A stretch of 64,000 bases of DNA from an uncultured Acidobacteriota bacterium. GTDB lineage: Bacteria > Acidobacteriota > UBA6911. Position 1 is the first letter of the stretch, and the number at the start of each line of letters is the position of its first letter. Location of the stretch: assembly GCA_963809485.1 (NCBI GenBank), contig CAWEJX010000007.1, positions 384,001-448,000 of the forward strand, read 5' to 3'. Positions 60,365 to 64,000 of the stretch are shown here, piece by piece. Under the pieces are notes generated by a model. It did no database searches, had not been told where the DNA came from, and was given only the letters and a program-made list of their open reading frames with translations. The translations under genes and the position numbers were made by a program.

Positions 60365-63300
60365 ATGATGGAAAAACTGATGGGAGCCGCGCTGGGCAAC
60401 CGCGTTCTGATACTCATACTCGTCGGATTCATCGTGGTCCTGGGCGCCCTTGCCGCCAGGACGATCGCGGTGGACGCATTCCCCGATGTGACCAATGTGC
60501 AAGTGGAGATCCTGTGCGGAGCACCAGGGTTTTCTCCGCTTGAAATAGAAAAGTTCGTCACCTACCCGGTCGAGAGCGCCATGCGGGGGTTGCCGGGCCT
60601 GGCAAAAATACGGTCCGTTACAAAATACGGCCTGTCCGTCGTGACAGTCGTTTTTGAGGACGACACCAATATCTACTTCGCCCGTCAGCTCGTGCATGAA
60701 CGGCTATCCGCCGTAGAAAAGGGTTTGCCCGCCGGAGTCAAAACGGAGATGGGGCCGGTCGCCACGGCCATGGGGGAGATCTACCAGTACACCATCGAGG
60801 GGCGGCCGCCGTCGGATGCGAGCGAAAAGGTCCGCTACCTGACAGAACTGCGCTCCATCCAGGACCGGATGGTCGCGCCCATCCTCAAGGGCGAACCCGG
60901 GATCAGCGAAGTGAACTCTTTTGGCGGCTACCTCAAGGAGTACCAGGTCGTGGCCGACCTGCAAAAGCTGCTGAAATACAAGCTGTCGATCGGCGACGTG
61001 TCCGAGGCGATCGCTGAAAACAACGAGAACGTCGGCGGCGGTTTCATCGACCGGTCTTCCGAGCAGTATATTATCCGCGGTGTCGGCCTCATCGCCTCCA
61101 CCTCCGACATCGGCAAGATCGTCATCAAGACCGTGCACGGCATTCCCATCAATGTGGGCGACGTCGCGGAGGTCAAGGTTGGATATGCGCCGCGCCAGGG
61201 CGCAGCTCTTATGAACGGCAGCGAGGAGGTTGTCGGGGGCATCGTCCTGATGCTCAAGGGGGAGAACAGCCTTGAGGTGGTTCGCCGCGTGGAAAACCGC
61301 GTACGACAGATCAATGAAGCCCGCATCCTCCCGGCCGGCCTGAAACTGCGGCCGTACTACAGCCGATCCGATATCGTGGGCGAAAGCATCCGGACGATTC
61401 TCAGGGCCCTTTTGGAAGGATCCATACTTGTTCTGATAATTCTGTATCTGCTGCTACGAAGCGTCCGGGGAGCGATCGTGGTCCTGGCCGCACTTCCCCT
61501 GGCGATCCTGCTCACCTTCATGGTGATGAAAGGCGCCGGTTTGGATGCCAACCTCATTTCGCTGGGCGGATTGGCCATCTCGATCGGGATGATCATCGAC
61601 GCCACCATCATCCAGGTGGAGAACGTGCAACGGCGCCTGGGAGAATTGAAAGATCCGTCGAAAAAAATCAGCACGGTCCTGAGTGCCGTCACGGAGGTGC
61701 GCCGCCCCAGCATTTTCGGCGAACTCATTATTGCACTCACTTTCGTCCCGATCATCACGCTGGAGGGGACGGAGGGCAAGATGTTTTCACCCCTGGCTTT
61801 CACCGTCTCGATCGCACTGTTCTCATCGCTTTTTTTGTCTGTTTTCGTTACGCCGGTTCTGTGCGGTTTGTTTTTGAAGCCGGGCGGCGAGAAGAAAAGC
61901 CGGTTGCTGGAATTCAATCGAACGCTGTACCTGCGAAGCCTGGAATGGACCATGCGCGCTCCCGCGCTTGTCGTGGTCTTTTCGCTTGCGTTGATTGCGG
62001 CCGCGGCCTTCCTGATTCCCGGTCTGGGAACCGAGTTCATACCTGTCATGGACGAGGGCGCCTTCGACATGGATTTTCAGCTCGTGCCGGGAGTGTCGCT
62101 CGACAAAGCCATGGAGATCACCCGGAGCGTTCAGAAGCGGCTCCAGGCGTTTCCCGAACTCAGAACTGTGGTTTCGCGAACAGGGCAGACCGGGCTTCCG
62201 CTGGAAGCTCGCGGAGTGGACAAAACCGCCTTTGTCGGCCTGCTGAAGCCCCGGGAAGAATGGAGCACCGCGCGGACCAGGGAAGAACTGGTCGACAGGA
62301 TGCGCGATTCCCTCGCGGATATTCCAGGGATGTCTTTCAGTTTCAGCCAGCCCATTCAATGCCGCATCGACGAGTTGGTCGCCGGAACCCGCGCGCAGGT
62401 GATTCTTAAGCTGTTCGGGGAGGATATGGACATCCTGAAAACCAAGACCGGCGAAATAGCCCGTATTCTGGCGCGGGTGCCGGGCTGCGCCGATATGAAC
62501 GTTGAAAAAGTATCCGGCCAGCCATACATCTCTATTGAAGTGGACCGCGAAAAAATAGCCCGCTATGGTTTGAACGTCCGGGAGGTGCTGACGCTGATCG
62601 AAATAGCAGTCGGGGGAAAAGCGGCGACACAGATTTATGAAGGGAACCGGGCTCTGGATCTGACGGTCCGCCTTCCGGAGGATCAGCGCGACTCGATCGA
62701 GAAGCTGGGCAACACGCTCGTCGCCACCCAGGACGGGGTCGGCGTCCCATTGAGCCAGCTGGCCACGATTTCCCTGGCCACCGGCCCTGTGCAGATCAGC
62801 CGCGAGGACGGCGCAAGGCGAATGGGCATAGAGCTGAATGTCCGCGGAAGGGACATCGGGTCGTTCGTAGCCCAGGCCCGGCAGGCTATCCGGCAGAAAA
62901 TGGATCTGCCGCCGGGTTATGCGATTGTCTGGGGAGGCCAGTTCGAAAACCAGCAGCGAGCCATGCGCCGATTGATGATCATTACGCCCTTGGTGGTTCT
63001 CCTGATTTTGCTGCTTCTGTTTTTGACTTTCCAATCAGCCCGGCTGTCGTTCCTGGTTTTCCTCAACCTTCCCTTCGCGCTCATGGGCGGCATTTTCGCC
63101 CTGTGGATTATGGGGATGTATCTGTCGGTCCCCGCTTCGGTGGGATTCATAGCGCTGTTCGGAGTCGCGGTACTGAACGGATTGGTCCTGGTGTCGTGCA
63201 TTCAGCAGCTGCAGGCGGAGGGGCTGAGTGTTTCCGAGGCAGTGCGCGGCGCGTGCGGCTTGAGGATCCGGCCGATCCTGATTACGGCCTCCATCACCGT

Positions 63301-63496
63301 TTTCAGCCTTATGCCCATGATCTTTGCCACGGGGCCCGGATCGGAGGTGCAGCGGCCACTGGCGGTGGTCGTCGTGGGTGGATTGTTCACGTCCACCCTG
63401 GCGACGCTTCAAGTATTGCCCAGCCTGTACCGGTGGTTCGATCCGCAAAAGCAAATGATGGACGATAATCAGCCCCAGCTGAGGCTTCAGAGTTAA
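60365..63496 (+). CDS. Heavy-metal efflux RND permease (CusA/CzcA family)
   Basis: DAFPDVTNVQV, MGEIYQY, SLGGLAISIGMIIDATIIQVEN, GKMFSPLA, GVAVLNGLV, GSEVQRPLA. Confidence 0.93.
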   Translation: MMEKLMGAALGNRVLILILVGFIVVLGALAARTIAVDAFPDVTNVQVEILCGAPGFSPLEIEKFVTYPVESAMRGLPGLAKIRSVTKYGLSVVTVVFEDDTNIYFARQLVHERLSAVEKGLPAGVKTEMGPVATAMGEIYQYTIEGRPPSDASEKVRYLTELRSIQDRMVAPILKGEPGISEVNSFGGYLKEYQVVADLQKLLKYKLSIGDVSEAIAENNENVGGGFIDRSSEQYIIRGVGLIASTSDIGKIVIKTVHGIPINVGDVAEVKVGYAPRQGAALMNGSEEVVGGIVLMLKGENSLEVVRRVENRVRQINEARILPAGLKLRPYYSRSDIVGESIRTILRALLEGSILVLIILYLLLRSVRGAIVVLAALPLAILLTFMVMKGAGLDANLISLGGLAISIGMIIDATIIQVENVQRRLGELKDPSKKISTVLSAVTEVRRPSIFGELIIALTFVPIITLEGTEGKMFSPLAFTVSIALFSSLFLSVFVTPVLCGLFLKPGGEKKSRLLEFNRTLYLRSLEWTMRAPALVVVFSLALIAAAAFLIPGLGTEFIPVMDEGAFDMDFQLVPGVSLDKAMEITRSVQKRLQAFPELRTVVSRTGQTGLPLEARGVDKTAFVGLLKPREEWSTARTREELVDRMRDSLADIPGMSFSFSQPIQCRIDELVAGTRAQVILKLFGEDMDILKTKTGEIARILARVPGCADMNVEKVSGQPYISIEVDREKIARYGLNVREVLTLIEIAVGGKAATQIYEGNRALDLTVRLPEDQRDSIEKLGNTLVATQDGVGVPLSQLATISLATGPVQISREDGARRMGIELNVRGRDIGSFVAQARQAIRQKMDLPPGYAIVWGGQFENQQRAMRRLMIITPLVVLLILLLLFLTFQSARLSFLVFLNLPFALMGGIFALWIMGMYLSVPASVGFIALFGVAVLNGLVLVSCIQQLQAEGLSVSEAVRGACGLRIRPILITASITVFSLMPMIFATGPGSEVQRPLAVVVVGGLFTSTLATLQVLPSLYRWFDPQKQMMDDNQPQLRLQS

Positions 63497-63564
63497 GAAA
63501 CAAAAACCGGCAGCCTTTTCAGGCTTCCGACAAAGGAGTGCCGCCAATCGCCAGGTATTTTTAA

Positions 63565-63595
63565 ATTCGTCAATCGTAATTCGTAATTCGTTAAT
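63565..63595. repeat. TCGTAAT heptamer tandem array
   Basis: TTCGTCAATCGTAATTCGTAATTCGTTAATT, same unit as at 32.7 and 34.1 kb. Confidence 0.7.
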
Positions 63596-63639
63596 TGGAT
63601 GATGGCTTTCTCCCCGGAAACAGAATCCTTTGCTTCTCT

Positions 63640-63855
63640 TTATCGTTTCCCTCTGAGAATGGATTGCAGTCCCTTGCGGTACTGGGTGAAGGATTTGCGT
63701 CCTGCGGGCGTGAGCTTCAGGAGCGTCTGCGGCACTTTCCCGCGGTAGGTTTTGATGATTTCGACATATCCTGCTTCCTCCAGGCGGGACAGGTGACTGG
63801 AAAGCGTGCCTTTGTTCATCCCGGTCTCATGCTGCAGATAGAGGAAGTCCGTCAC
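63640..63855 (-). CDS. Winged-HTH transcriptional regulator, probably N-terminally truncated
   Basis: DFLYLQHETGMNKGTLSSHLSRLEEAGYVEI...LTPAGRKSF; first helix of the family appears absent. Confidence 0.65.
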   Translation of the reverse strand: MTDFLYLQHETGMNKGTLSSHLSRLEEAGYVEIIKTYRGKVPQTLLKLTPAGRKSFTQYRKGLQSILRGKR

Positions 63856-64000
63856 TCCGGCTCGCCGCGGTCCAAAACCGCCTTCAGGATGGACGGAGCC
63901 GAGAGATCGCTCAAGGGGACGTAGGCGGCCCGCATCCGGCCTGCAAGGCGCCGCATCTCGTCCCTGCCCTTTTCCCCGCCCGCAGCATCGATGAAGATCG
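63852..64000 (-). CDS. C-terminal end of a gene entering from the right edge (possibly VWA / Mg-chelatase D-like)
   Basis: Open frame IFIDAAGGEKGRDEMRRLAGRMRAAYVPLSDLSAPSILKAV...stop at 63852. Confidence 0.45.
   Translation of the reverse strand, partial: IFIDAAGGEKGRDEMRRLAGRMRAAYVPLSDLSAPSILKAVLDRGEPE

Overview
A 64-kb, GC-rich bacterial window. Gene style (tatAC/S41 peptidase block, orphan MacB-like permeases, heptamer intergenic repeats) suggests an anaerobic Acidobacteriota-like organism; this is inference only. The left half is mostly housekeeping: hisF, ABC permeases, LysM lytic transglycosylase, S41 protease, tatA/tatC, dusB, Fe/Mn SOD, aminotransferase, sdhA-C-D-B, rnhA, tatD, patatin, tex, Nudix, squalene synthase, an ArsR-methyltransferase regulator with ahcY, a wHTH-nucleotidyltransferase, 5'-nucleotidase and a MacAB-like cluster. 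About 36.0-56.7 kb is a dense anaerobic-metabolism island: ADP-forming acyl-CoA synthetase, two family III CoA-transferases, two LarA-family nickel-pincer racemases, three 2-hydroxyacyl-CoA dehydratase/benzoyl-CoA-reductase-like subunits, three ATP-dependent activators (one with degenerate ATPase motifs), an archaeal-type thymidylate synthase-like gene, a corrinoid protein, and a cytoplasmic Mo/W-bisPGD enzyme with its Fe-S subunit. A czcCBA-like efflux operon follows. Five co-oriented copies of a non-autonomous IS200/IS605-like element carry nested inverted repeats, and the inner module is flipped in one copy. A second ~160-bp heptamer-flanked element occurs twice. Single-base frameshifts in several conserved genes look like assembly indels. 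No rRNA, tRNA or CRISPR array was recognised. All calls come from reading motifs by eye; no database search was run.
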